DNA of 64,000 nucleotides from Geosiphon pyriformis uo1 (Eukaryota; Fungi; Glomeromycota): positions 310,001 through 374,000 of the forward strand of contig JAAOMT010000135.1 in assembly GCA_016748015.1 (NCBI GenBank). Reading direction: 5' to 3'. The translations under genes and the position numbers were made by a program. This document shows, piece by piece, positions 16,267 through 30,086 of this stretch; the first letter of the stretch is position 1; each line of letters starts with the position of its first letter. The notes under the pieces were generated by a model. It searched no databases, was not told the DNA's origin, and saw nothing but the letters and a program-made list of their open reading frames with translations.

Positions 16267-17181
16267 AAGCTGAGATGAATACCGTCTCCGCTGCGAAGTT
16301 ATTGTTATAATAAATAATTTATAAAGCTTTAAACTGAAATGGATGCCCCACGATTGGGATTAAAAGTTCGTAAGTAGAATTTTGCTTATCAGAGAAAACC
16401 GAGTTTCAAATTTACTCTAATATTTTTTTCGTAAATCTTGTAGCAATCTGATATTTCCAACTCACTTAGAATTAGATTTTCGATCAAGTTACTTTGTTTA
16501 TTTATTGCCTTTCCCAATGTGCTTCTTTATCCCAGAAAACAGAGAGGCTCTAATGGTGAATGACACAGAATCAATAAATATCAGCTTTTTATAACTAGTT
16601 TTTTGTTAGGATTCCGGATCTTGGGATTGAAGAAATCAACTTATGTAAGATAAGATCAATTATTAAAACCTATAACAAATCAGTCCTTAGACCCTTTGGA
16701 TTCGACGAACGATCATTGTCTAAAGATAAGGATAATACATGAGATTCGATTACCATCTGATCAAAGCAAAACAATCATTGCTCAGAATGATAATCAATGA
16801 CTATAGTGTAAGAAATTTCTGATACTCGGGAAAATAATTATACTAGGCTGATCTGTTATATTATGACTTCGAGTCAATAATCCATTGTCAGAAAACTCCC
16901 TCACAGCCTTCGATAGCTAAGGCTGATGTCAACCTACAGTATAATAGGGAGTATCTCTATTAACCTAACCACTCGGTCCCAACTTGGATTAAAATTGAGA
17001 ATCCATCAAGTGCGGATGAGGCTTTAGAATTGGTGAAAAGGAGATATTACCAGCCAACAGAAACATGAGATGAGAAAAATATAGAGGGGGAGGATTTTTC
17101 CTAAAGTTCTACCTATTTGAAACTCCAGTCAGACGTCATGTTGATCAAATAAATTTTTGGACACCATGATAAATTATTTCT

Positions 17182-19160
17182 TCAGATTTGTAATGAGCTT
17201 TCAGAATTATCATCATCGACCCAATTCTTTTCGTCATCCTCGTCTAAAAGTGTAGGATCATCCACGTATTCACCTCCTCTGCATTTCGAACATGAACATG
17301 AGAATTTCCATTTCTTTGACAATTCTTCTTTCCTGTCATAGGTTTCCCTTTCACCGAGTACAATATAGCTGACTTTTATTTCTTCACCTGCCATAATTCG
17401 TTTTGTGGCAACAACTGATAAAATATGATCACCAGATGTAAATTCGATATCTACATTCGGATCACAAGAATGCGCAATATAAGAAGTAACATGATAGAAC
17501 CCAGCTCCTGTTATAGGAGAAGCGTTACTGCGCACTGTTTCCTTCGAATCCTATTGAAAAGGAAATTTCACAAGTATATTTTTTTGTTACAAAAATTAAT
17601 AAGAATATCTTAAATACCTCTATGATCTCTCTAGTGTATTCTCGGGCAGTATTTACACCGTACGCATTATACAAGAGTTTGCCTTTAAACATCATATATC
17701 GCTCCTCGGAGATAAATTCTTCAATTCCGGGAACTTTGCTCGCGAGCAATTCCTTCAGTATTTCTATTTCTCTGTGTTCTTTGGGAGTCGCAGCCAAATC
17801 CAAATATCGTAGCCTCTCAATGTGGTCAAATATGGAATAGTCTTCCTCAATACCCTTTGAGACTTTTTCGGTTTCCTCGTAAACCATACGAGCCATAAAT
17901 TTAGCGATCATCAAGGGAATTTTGAGGTTACCATCCTTTACTAAATTCACCAATCTTGTCTCGGGGTTATCACCCATTTTGAATCCTGGGGGTCTTTGGA
18001 ACAATAGATTAGAGTATTCTGCACGAGCCGTCTCTTGACACTTTTCTGTGCAGTACACAGACGAAAATAGATCTTGGTCCTCAAACCGAGCTTCCCTCAT
18101 CTCTTTCAAGCAGTAACTACAAAAATGGCCTCCCTCAAAAAGGTAAATAGGGATTTCAAAAACGAAGTAATGCGGGAGATCAATTTTTTACCCAATTATT
18201 AATATCTTAAGGATCTAAAAATGGATTGGACAACTTACCTCGAGAATGGGGTCGAGAGCTGAAACAATAGGTTTTTCTTCGTAAATAATTTCACCGGGGC
18301 TGAAATCTCTTTTCGCGAAAACTCCACGAGGAATCAATTTATCTTTTTCACTTGAATTATTTTCAACTTTCTGAATTTTTACGTTCATATCTTTTGTTGG
18401 GAATACTTTCCAATATTCCTCCTGCTTTTTCTTGACCTAGCATCAAATACAAATATTCATAAGGCATAGAAAACTAGTCGGTGTTGAATTGTTTTGTTTC
18501 AAATACCTCAAGGGACATCATTGTGTAAACCAGACTAAAGACCGCCTCTGGAATTGTCTTTTGGTATATCACGATAAGCTCAAGGGGTGATGGATAGACT
18601 TTCAAAGCCTTATAGAAGCAAATGGCAGCAGCTTGATATCCATTTTCCCCTATAAACGTCCCAGACATAATTATAAGTCATTTTTAATTTATACATATTA
18701 AGGTTATGTAAAAATTAATATATAAACGCCTACCAGCTGCGAAAAATGTTTCACCCTTGGCTACATGATCCAAAAAATATTTCTCCTTTTCATCAATCGC
18801 TTCAGGAAAAACTTCTTTACAGACCTCATCAAGGGCTTCTTGGGCAGAGGTTGTTAATTTATTTCGATTATCCTCTTCTTTGGCCTTCTTGATCTCGGCC
18901 GCCCGTTTCTTCTCTCGCTCTTTGGACAAAAAATGAACGCTATATAAATTAAAGGTACTAGAAGTAATATTTCGTCTGGGCTTCGCATTTTTCGATAAAA
19001 AACTAAAACCAAAATTCTATCAAGACAAGACATTGAACTCACTCAAGCGCCTTCGAAAAACAGGGTCATTTCTTCTTTTGTAGTCAAAGTAAGCTATGTA
19101 ACTCAAGGATATGACCCCAACCACACCTAACACAAGAAATAAAGCTCTTTTGGAATCCAT
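17182..19160 (-). CDS. TOM20: Mitochondrial import receptor Tom20 fused to a SMYD-type split SET / zinc / post-SET module. Exons 19160-19043, 18919-18734, 18649-18507, 18436-18239, 18133-17618, 17550-17182
   Basis: N-terminal TM followed by YFDYKRRNDPVFR and FYKALKVYPSPLELIVIYQKTIP (Mas20). In frame after that: RGVFAKRDFSPGEIIYEEKP, CSYC...YCTEKC, AHSCDPN, GEEIKVSY, FSCSCSKC. Confidence 0.88.
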
Positions 19161-20044
19161 ATAAGGCGTGGCTAGGAGGAAAGAGACAAAATAGGGCAAA
19201 GAGTTATTTGAATTATCTAGTATTAAATAATAAAATTAGAGCGTCCCAATTGATTAGAGTAAAAGGTTTACAAAGATAATCTGTAAAGATTATACAAGTG
19301 AAATTTTATGAATATTTTGTAAATAATATATATAGTTAAAACATATTTAAAATCACAATAATAAAATAATAAAAATACTTTTAATAAATTCACATTCAAA
19401 AACAGATAAAATTTTTTTTTTAAATTTATTAATAAAATTAGTATTTAAATAATAAATAAAGAAAGGTACACTAATGAAATAATTAAATATTTAGATAGTA
19501 AATAGACTGCACACAATAAATACATTTAAAATATTTTTTGTTTAATTATAATTATATTATAATTATTATATTAATTTATTATTTATTATGTTTATAATTA
19601 AATAATTTAAAAAAATCAAAAATTTTTGTAGTTTTAAAATTTTTTTAATAATTATAAATAAAAAATATACTATTATAGTTTTATATTAATTTTAATTTAA
19701 AGCCAACATATAATAAAATTGTTTAATAATTAAATATAAATACCAATTTCATAAAATTAATATCTGAACAAAACTTTATTGTTTATTGAAGAAACAATAT
19801 AACCAAATTAATTTTTACTTAGATGTGACACAAATAAAAAAAGTATTTTTAAAAAATAATATAAATAAAGAAATTAATTAACATAAATAATAGTATATTA
19901 TTGTACTTTAATTAAATGATTAAACTTAAATTAATATTGTTGTATGCGTATATATTTTTCATAACACAATAAAATTTTACCGTCAAACTAAGTAATTAAT
20001 TATTATAAATTTTAAACAGTTTTATTCATTATATTTCTTTTTTA

Positions 20045-20150
20045 ATTATTATTATTATTATTATTATTGTTGTTGTTGTTGTTGTTGTTATTATTATTTT
20101 TATTATTATTATTATTTTTATTATTGTTATTTTTATTATTTTTATTATTA
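20045..20150. repeat. (TTA)n/(TTG)n compound microsatellite
   Basis: Direct reading. Confidence 0.85.
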
Positions 20151-20337
20151 ATGTTTGTTTTACATTTAAAAAATAACAATTTATATTGGTTTAAAATTTA
20201 ATTGTAAATAATAAAAATTTTTAGATGACTATTTCTAAATAGTAAAAATAAATATCTGCATAACCAATCACGGATCCAAGCCTACAATTCCAATTAATTA
20301 TCTGCTATGCTATTTTTAAATGATAAAATTTTAAAAT

Positions 20338-21119
20338 ATGTCTTTCCGTTCAATTGATATTGACGCACTCGACGAAGACCAACTCGCCGAAAGAGAACTA
20401 TTTGAATTCTCAAAAGGGGGTGCTGTTGAAAAAACACCCGAGGAAGCCAATAGTGCCGTTCAGTCTAAAGGAACAGAAGTGAGAAATCTTTTACAAAGGT
20501 GCGTTTATATGTACGGTCCATTTCACCTATTAGTTGCTTAATGTAGGTTAAACGGAACTGCTTCCCAGTTTTGATATACTTTATTGTTTGATGAATCTCC
20601 TCTATTTTATGTTCACTATGAATCACGAATTTTACAGAGGTAATATAGCTAGTGCACTCTCGATAGCCATAGATGATCCACCTTATGGGCTGAATAAAGA
20701 ACATGCAAAGGTTCGTGTGAAGCAAGATTTCATTTACTGACGCGCCTATTTAGTCTCAACGTTGGGAGAATCCAATAATTTATGATGCTAGGATCAAAAC
20801 ACCAAAATTGTTATGGAGGTTTTAAATTCAACTAAAGCTGCCGATATCCCGGGACTCTTAAAGTCACTTTCGAACACCCAACAGGACACTTTGATGAAAT
20901 ATATCTATAGAGGCATGACAAATCCAGAAACGTTTCCCTCTGCTGTGCTGTTGAATTGGCATGAGAAGGTGGGAATCCTAGTAACTGGTTCTTGAGAATT
21001 CCGGTATTTCGATATTGGAAACCTCACCGTTTCCTCTCAATAATGCTTTTTTTTAGCTCACTGAAGTTGCTGGTGTTGGATGCATTGTTCGCGTAATTAC
21101 TGATCGAAAAACGGTTTAA
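20338..21119 (+). CDS. ARPC5: Arp2/3 complex subunit 5 (p16-Arc/Arc15), 4 exons
   Basis: MSFRSIDIDALDED...DDPPYG...DTLMKYIYRGM...[30 protein letters not shown]. Confidence 0.95.
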
Positions 21120-21444
21120 TGAGCCCGAAGATATTTTAATTAGACTCACCTGTTCTCTGGCATGTCTTTTAAAGGTATATTTTCTCAATCTATTATTATA
21201 ATATGAAGTTTAAAAATATATTAAGACAACACCAGTATATTTGATATAGCTTTTTTAAATTATTGGCTGATAATCAACGGCACCTTCCCTTAGTTGGGAA
21301 AATAATAATAATAAGTATATTGCGATAGATCTTGAGAGGAAATGGAATTCCGTAAAATGAAGCTATTTCCTAATGAATGACTAATAAGAATATACAAGAG
21401 CATCAACAGAAGCTGAAGAAATTAAAAAAAATTCTATAAAGAAC

Positions 21445-22673
21445 TCAGCCGAAACTATCCGTTGAATCCATGAATCCACTAAAATTATTAAACGAATCAA
21501 ATTCTTTAGGGGTAGTTTCTGCTCGTTTCTTTCTGGAAGTTACGGAGGGTGGCGGTGGAAGTAATGGGACATCTGGGAGATTTAATGATATCATTAGCTA
21601 ATGTTCGGTTAGAAATAATTGGACAGATGAAAAACCAACCCGTCGAGCTCAGGGTTTCTTCGGGTCCTTTACTACCCTTAGGAGGTTGTTTCTAGAAACT
21701 CCATTTAAATTAGAATACTAAAAATTTGCAATAAATTAAAAAGTTAAATCGACCACAATCTTACATTTCCAATGGTGATACTAATCGTCTGACCCTCCTT
21801 TAAACTGTAATCCTTTGGATTTGAAGCTGTTATCTTTGAGCGTTCAGCCGCTTCCTTTTCCACATTTAAATGCCTTAAGCATAGATATTCAATTTAACAT
21901 AATTATGGTGTCAAAGAATAAATAGAATTTGCCATATAAGCTTGAGAAAACATACTTTATATGATCTTGCAAAGTGACTTGAAAGTCAAATGCTTCGGAA
22001 CGTTCTTGAAATCCCATCCCAATGAACGCATGTCGACCTTTAATAAATATTCCCAAGATATAACATCTCGTAAAAATGTTACAACTTTCCAGGTAATAAA
22101 ATCGCAAAATTGAGTTCAAACCTTTATCTTCGACGCGCAACACGAAGTAACGGCTCGAATCACGAACAGGTTCGACTGAATTAGTTTTGGGATCGTATGG
22201 AGATTCGGCAAACAATTCACCTAAAGGTGATTGCAAGGTTAATTATATAGTACTCGATATTTAAAATTGATCAAGAAGGGTTTTCAACATTTCTCTTACC
22301 AGTAGTACCGTCCTCGAGTCGAATAAAACACTTTTCACCAATGGCGATGATTCTTAGACGGCCTTTCCAGAGAAAAGCTTCCATGTCACCCCATTCTGCT
22401 GCTCTGTTCTTTTAATTTTCACAAGAGGCGCTATTGTTAAGTTCTTGATAACACGCGAATTCTATATGCAAGAGAAGCCATCTATTTTAATACGTGCCTA
22501 TACTCCTTACTAGAACTTCTTGGCGGGAGCTTGTAGACTAGGAAAAAAATGGTGAAAAATATGTTCTATCAAGCTGACCATTAAGAGAGAGAAAGTGCTG
22601 GTGTCATTTAAGAGGGTTCTTTACCAAAACATTCACGAATAACGAGCAAAACGCTCTGATACTCATCGGCCAT
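21445..22673 (-). CDS. NECAP: Adaptin ear-binding coat-associated protein (NECAP, PHear domain), ~8 exons
   Basis: Spliced: [19 protein letters not shown]...RAAEWGD...WKGRLRI...GELFAESPY...[15 protein letters not shown]...[24 protein letters not shown]...[16 protein letters not shown]...LLPPPPS. Confidence 0.92.
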
Positions 22674-23309
22674 TATTTAGATTAGAAAATTTAATCTGAA
22701 ATTGAACATATATGCTATTTAAACGTTATTACTTCGCAGATTGACATTAAAAATATAAGACAATGTAATTGTTGCTTAAATTGTTATGTAATTTACAGCT
22801 TATGCTTTTTGCTAGATAAACTACATTCTGAACTGGATAGAACATTACAGCAAAAACATAATGACGGTGATAAAAACCTTGGTAAATAAAAGGTTTTTCA
22901 AATAAACATTTTGAAATTTATTGAAAAAGAATATTGGCAATTAAAAAAATGACTGCTATGAAAATGTTGTTGAAAAATGTTTTTATTTATTATAAATAAG
23001 AAACTTGACAATTATAAAAAGTTTGGATTAAACTTGTATTTCATATATTTTATAAAAAAATATTGCAATTTATTAAATATCAAAAAATAAAGTCTGTTAC
23101 ATATTTATTAAATAAAAATTTTAGTAATATTTATCAAAAAAATATGGTTATAATTGTATCAATAAATAAGCAAAGTTTATATATTTTAATTTTATTATAT
23201 TTGTTGTTATATTAAAATGTAATTTCTTTTATAATACTATAATAGTTTTAAAAAAATATAAAATTATATGTTAAAATTTAAACTTTAAAAAAAAACTTTT
23301 TTTTTTGCA

Positions 23310-23600
23310 ATTTTATGATCACGATTAAAGCAAAAATAAAAAAAAGTAATCTTTAGTTTTTTTATTGTTTGTAATAGTACAATTACTTAAAAAGTTCTCT
23401 TAATTATAAAAACAATCAAACAGCATTTTGTAAAAATATTTTTTTTAAGTGATATAGAATTTAACCAGTTTTTGGCTGTTAAAAAAACATTTATTTGTCT
23501 TTGGTTAAAAGTACTTTTTTTAAAAAAATAATACATTATTAGTAAAGATTTTTTAAATATTATAATTGCTGATTTTATTGTTAATTTTGTTTTTAATAAA
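23310..23600 (+). mobile_element. 5' fragment of a related ORF1-type relic, in tandem with the element at 23640
   Basis: TTTTATGATCACGATTAAAGCAAAAA matches TTTTATGACCACAATCAAAGCAAAAA at ~23651. Confidence 0.55.
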
Positions 23601-23639
23601 AGCTGTTAAATTTTTAATAATATATTTATCTAATTTTTT

Positions 23640-25900
23640 CTCTTTCTTATTTTTATGACCACAATCAAAGCAAAAAGTAAAAAAGTTTCAAATGTTATTT
23701 TTCTTATAATAACTAATAAAATTTCAACAAAAAAAGATTTTTCTATTGTTAAAACAACCAAACAAAATATTCTGGCAAAATATTTTTTAAATATTAGTAA
23801 TAATAAACTGTCTTTAGCAGCTTCTAAAGCATTTTTTTCACCTTTAATTAGTAGTTTTTTCTTAGTCAAAGTTTTTTCTAAAAGACACATTCAAATTAAT
23901 TTCAGTGTTATTTTTATTTCCTTTAAAAATCCCAAAGTTTTTAACAACAAACCAATTAACAAGCTGATCTTTTTTGTTTTTACTACTAATATTAACATTA
24001 CTATTTTACAAATAGCCAAAAAGGCCAAAAATAGCAGCAGTTGCTTTTATTATACCAAATCTTTTTGTAGTTTTAAATAAAATCTTAAATAAAATTTTTT
24101 TAATAACAATTAATTTTTTTCTTAATATAAACAACAACAATAACAAAACATTTTCCAAAATAAGCCAAAATTAATTATTGATTGTATTACCAAATATAAT
24201 ATTTTCTAACAGATTATTGCTAATTCTAAAAGCAAAGCAATTAATTAAATTACTTAATTTTAAGAATTAAATTAATCAAATAAAAATCAAATTAATCTTT
24301 TTTTTTGTTTTCTGGTATTGTCTCAAATAATATCTAACAACCAATTTTTAATTATCAAAAGTTTTCTAAATAAATGATTTTTATTTTAGTGTTTAATATT
24401 ACTTTTAAGATTAAATTAATCTTGAATAATTTTTTGTTTCATTTGTTGTTTGGTTTTGTTGAACTTAAATTAGTTTTTAAAGACAATATTAAGTTGTTTT
24501 GTGTAAATTTTATTTCTGAAACTTTTTTAACTGTTATTATTATTAAAGTTTTTATTGATAATTTTTTTTAATTATATTTAAGATTATAAAATTTTCTGTA
24601 GTAATTTTTGGTTCTCTTTTTTTATATCTGTTGTATTTTGTAATATTTTTTTTAACATATTTTTCAATAATATTAAAAATAGTTTTAATGTTTTTGGTGT
24701 TATTAATTCTGTTAGATTAAAGTTTATTGGTTTATGACAATATATTATTGTTGTTTTTAAGAACTTTTTTTTGTTGTTGTTATTTTTAACTGTTGATTTG
24801 TACCAGTAAAAAAAAATAATATCCAGATTTTTTTTTTTTCAACAAAAAAAGATTATTATTTTAAAAGATATATTTAAAACCAAATTGATTAATTTTTTTT
24901 TTAGCTATACTGTTTTTAAAATTAGTAATATAATTTTTCAGATTAATAATTATACTTGTTTTATCTTTTGTTTTCTTGATTTTTATTGTCATTGATATTT
25001 TGTTGTTGTAATATTTGGCTTTTATTAATTTTTGAATTTTACTATTATTAAAATTAATATTTTATATAAGTATTGTATTTAATAAAAAAAACTTTTAAAT
25101 ATTATTGTTGTTATAAATATCAAAATTTAAGTCATTTGTTTGTTAATTATAAAATGGTTTTTTTTGTTTTTTAAGTCTGTAGTTGGTTAAGTTTTTTGTG
25201 TTATTTTTTATTAATAACAAGTTTTATATTATAGCTTTGTTTTTTTGGTTTCTTTTTTTATTATTTTTTTAACTGTTTTTGTTATTGATTTTGTTATTAA
25301 GTTTAAATTAGATTTTTTGGAATTTCAAGTTTTGAATTTAATTGTTTTGGTTAAATCTGTTATTAAGTTTATTAACTTTTTAGTTGTTTTAATTACTATT
25401 CTTTTAAATAATAATGTTGACAAAAGTTTTTGTATAAAAAAAAACTTGTTTTTTATAAAATATATTGCTAATAATTTTTCTAATTTTCTGATTAATATTT
25501 CTAAAAATATTGTCTGTTTTAAATTTGAAATTGATTTTAGTAAAATAGACTATAATAAGATACTAGTTGTTAAATTTTTTTTTGAATAAAAATACTATTA
25601 AATATATTATTGTTTTATAGTATATGTTAAGTTTCAATATTAGAAGTAGTATTAAATTAACTAAGTTATTTTTTAATAAGTTTATTTTTAATTTTAGAAA
25701 TTTAAATAGTATTATTAAAAAAATTAATAATTTAAATCTATTTTTAACTTTTTTTGTTTTAATATAGTATTGTTTTAATTGGTTTAAATAACTAATTATA
25801 TGTAAAAAGTACATAATTTACATCTAGTTTAAATTATTTAATTTGATATATTATATTAAATTGTATTTTTCTTTATTATAAATTTATAAAATATTAAAAT
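23640..25900 (+). mobile_element. Decayed ORF1-only non-LTR element with LINE 3' tail
   Basis: ORF fragments 23655-24080, 24374-24571 (FKIKL...KLFCVNF, RRM-like) and 25245-25589. The frame ends at TAG 25765-25767, immediately followed by the same tail as the LINE at 39948. Confidence 0.7.
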
Positions 25901-26049
25901 AAGCAGTTTTATATTAATAATCTTAAATGTAATTACTTTTTTATAAAAATTAATTTTTTTACAAAAATTTTTGATTTGTAAACTTTTTAATATAAATAAT
26001 AAAATAAAAATAAAATAAAATAAAATAATAAAATAGAATTTAAATTGAA

Positions 26050-27050
26050 TAAAATAATAATAAAAAATGTTTTTTTACAGACTTTAAAAAGAAACAAATT
26101 TGGTTTGTTAAAATTAATTATATTTAAAATAATTAATTATAACAAGTTTTGGTTTTGTAAAGTAAAAATTTATTTTATTAATTTATAAATAATATTATTT
26201 AAGAAATAATAAGATTAAAAACACTTTTTTATATATTTAATTATAATATTATTTTAAGTTTTATCATTTTTTTTTTCTTGATATTTTTATAGACTTTTAA
26301 AAACTAAATATATATTTTGTTATTATTATAAAAAGCTCTATAATTTTTAATTATAAGTTAATAATTAAATTATTAAATTACTTAATTTTAAAAATTAAAA
26401 AAATATTATTGATTTTAAAAATAATTATTATAATTTTGATATAATTTTATTAATTTAAAATTAATTTTTAAAATCTTTTTTATACAATATTTATATTTTA
26501 AATTTTGTTGAATATTGCTATTAAAATTAAGCTTAATAATTTTTTTGGCTACTTTTAAAAATAAAACATTTTTTGTAATTTTTGGTTTTGATTTTAATTT
26601 TATTATTTTTATTATTTTTATTATTATTTTTTAATTTTTTTAATAACATTAAAAATATTTTGGTATTATATTAAATTTTTTTAATTTGTAATAATATTTT
26701 GTTATTTATTTTAAAATTTTAAAATTCTTAAAACTATTTTTTTTTATTAATTAAATTTTTTTTTTGTTAATTAAAAAAAGTTTATTGTTATGTTAAAATA
26801 ACATTAAAATTATTTGTTTATAATAAAAAAATAAAAAAAAAAACTTTTTTAAATTTATTTTATTGTAATATTTTTTAAAATTTTTTAAACAATAATTTTT
26901 TTTTTAATAATATTGAATTACTATTATATTAATAATAATTAATATTACATTATTAATTATCTAATTATTAGTTATTTAATTTGTTCAAAATTACATTTAA
27001 AATACATTAACTTGGTTTTGATTTGAAAAACAGTTTAATAAATAAAAATT
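26050..27050 (+). mobile_element. Extremely decayed ORF1-like relic
   Basis: Patchy similarity to 24200-24900 (e.g. AATTAAATTACTTAATTTTAA, GTAATTTTTGGTT, AATAACATTAAAAATA). Very high AT. Confidence 0.4.
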
Positions 27051-28263
27051 TTAAAATTTTTTTTTGATTATTATTATTATTATTATTGAGTATTTGAATA
27101 GATTAAAAACCGTAAAGAAAATTAAAGTTATAATGAAATATTTTTTTCATAAACAGGGAAAAACCATTAATAATAAATTGGTAAAAAATAAATTGAATTG
27201 AATTATCAAGAGATTTTTAATATTTAGATATCTTGAAAGTTGAAATTTTAAATTATATTAATTTAACTTAATTTAATTTAATTTCAAAATTATTATTTAA
27301 ATCATAAATTAAAGTTTTCTATCGAGCATTGCATTAAAAAAAAAAAAAATTAATTAATTAATTCAAGAATGTCATAGAATGTTCTCTTGGACAAAATTTC
27401 AATAAATCACTAAACTATCTATGGTTATACTAGTATCCCAGTGTGGAGTCAGTATTACGCTTCTTAGGTAACTTGCATTTCTGTACATTCTTTCCCCACA
27501 TACAAACTTTATAATCATCTTTTTAAAAAAAACGATCCAACTTTTTTAGCAAAGAATCGAAAGAGTATCATAGATCGTTTAACAGCCTTATCATGAACAT
27601 CAAATCCAAATGCATCATGCAGGGTCTTGAAAATGCATCAATAGTGATGATTAGTACATGAGAAACAATTCGTTTAGTAACAAATAGGCTAATTAAAAAT
27701 TGTCAAAAAGATATTAAAAAAAATTTTTTTTATGCCTTAGATTTACCTATTTTACTTTCTTTGATTTTCTATTTGGTTTAAATCAGTTCCGATCAAATGT
27801 CCATTTGGGAATATCAGCATAATAAAAACCTGATTAAAACCAGTTATTTCAAAAGATGATTTTTGGTCGTGTGGCAGAACGAGCAAGAGGGAATATTATG
27901 ATTAAAATTTTACGAAATAGAAAGAGATAAAATAGAAATTATTAGAGGATTGTATCATCATAATTAATAAACAATCCTTTAATCATCCATTGTTCTTAAC
28001 TTTGAAAAAAAAATCATAGTTGGGTGTCCATCTATTGTCATGACATGACATGACTAGATTTAACCATTTTTTTGTGGACAGCAAAGGGATTGGCCGAAAT
28101 CAACGAATAGTATTTATTAGTATGTCATGATTTAGATATTATATAACATGACACAATATGATGTGTAGGAAATAAAAATTTTTCTTGGAATTTCAAAGAG
28201 GTCATTATTTTTGTCATAAGACATTTAGATAGATGAGAGAAATTTGCGATTGATTTCATAATA

Positions 28264-28267
28264 AATA

Positions 28268-28328
<61 letters not shown>

Positions 28329-28332
28329 GGTA

Positions 28333-28431
<99 letters not shown>

Positions 28432-28463
28432 GTAATAATAATAATACTGGTAATAGTAATAAT
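28264..28463. repeat. (AAT)n microsatellite, ~200 bp with interruptions
   Basis: Direct reading. Confidence 0.95.
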
Positions 28464-29085
28464 TTTTAATATTTAATATTAAAATATCCTTTTTAAAAGG
28501 TCATTTAGGAAAATTTTCGTATTGGATACACGGAGAATTGAAAAGTAAAAAATCAATGCTTCCCACATTGGGAAACATATTTTATGCTATTTGAACTGAT
28601 CACTTTTAAAATAAAATTTCTATAATTGACATATAATGATTAAAACTTGAAAGTTTCAAGCTTTTGATTATTTCTTCGTCATTTTTGAAATTCTATAAAA
28701 AATATATAGATTAATTTAAAAATATCTATTTATATCATGTTACTTTTCCAAAAAGTATTTCTAAAATTTATGATTTAAAGGGGCTGCGTCGTCATCAACA
28801 TCAACATCAACATCAACATCAAACATCAAACATTATTACATTACGTTACGTTATTTCGTGTTTATCATGATTAATTAATCTTGGAAAAATAAAACTTATA
28901 AATATCCCTTGATATGCGACAAAGATTTTTTAAAAAAAAAACAATCAAAAAACACAACTTGGGGTTTATTTGGGCGATAAATTTTTTATACACCGTATAA
29001 AATAGTTAATCATACATGTTTAAATTTGATATGGTCTTTCCTTAATTTTTGATTGTGATGCATGTTTTAAATTATTAGTAAATTG

Positions 29086-29086
<1 letters not shown>

Positions 29087-29140
<54 letters not shown>

Positions 29141-29207
29141 AATAAAATTTCATTTCATCCATCCATCCATCCATCCATCCATCTATCTATCTATCTATCT
29201 ATCTATC
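29087..29207. repeat. (GAAA)14 followed by (CATC)n(TATC)n microsatellites
   Basis: Direct reading. Confidence 0.95.
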
Positions 29208-30009
29208 CACTAATTGGTATCAATTCCAATTTCAATTGCAAATTCCAAGTAATTTCAGAAATTAAAAATTTTATTCAATTTTACATCACCATTACCCATT
29301 ACCACTCATTACCCATTATAATTATTACTATAATTATAATTAACCAACAAAAAAATAAAAAAATCTTACTTCATTTTAAATTACGCTTAATTAAATCATA
29401 ATTACACAATTAGTAACCTATTCAAAGTCTCCTATTTTCACTAAAAGGGAGGGCGGGCGGGCGCGTGTGTGATTCAAAATTTCAAACTATTAATTCGTCT
29501 CACCATCCCATCCCATCCCATCCCATCTATCATTTGCTCAATCAACCAAACACATTTTTAATCATCTTAAATGCGGTAACATATTCTTTACGCATTTAAA
29601 CTCAATTATAATCCGAAAGTCTCACCATTACTACTAAATACGACACTAGTTCACAACAGTCTCACAATTCAAATTTTTTCGTTACATTGCATTTTTTTTC
29701 TTGGCTAATGATAATAAACATTAATACGACTACGACTAATTATTATACTCCTTTAAAAACTATAATCTATTGTAACCGTTCTCTTATCCAATAATTTCTA
29801 AACTAAGCACATTTTATTTGACCACAAAAATATACACTGCGCAACTCATTTCCCTTTTCTTTTTCTTTTTTCTCTTCTTTCCACTCACAACAACCCAACA
29901 AAAAAACCGCCACAAAACCTAATAGTTATTAAAAATTTTCCAGTAGCGCGTCTTTTCTATTTAATTTTTAAACAACTTGTAATTTTTTCCCTTTTGCTTA
30001 CGTTTCTTT

Positions 30010-30014
<5 letters not shown>

Positions 30015-30082
<68 letters not shown>
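30015..30082. repeat. (CT)34 microsatellite
   Basis: Direct reading. Confidence 0.95.
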
Positions 30083-30086
<4 letters not shown>

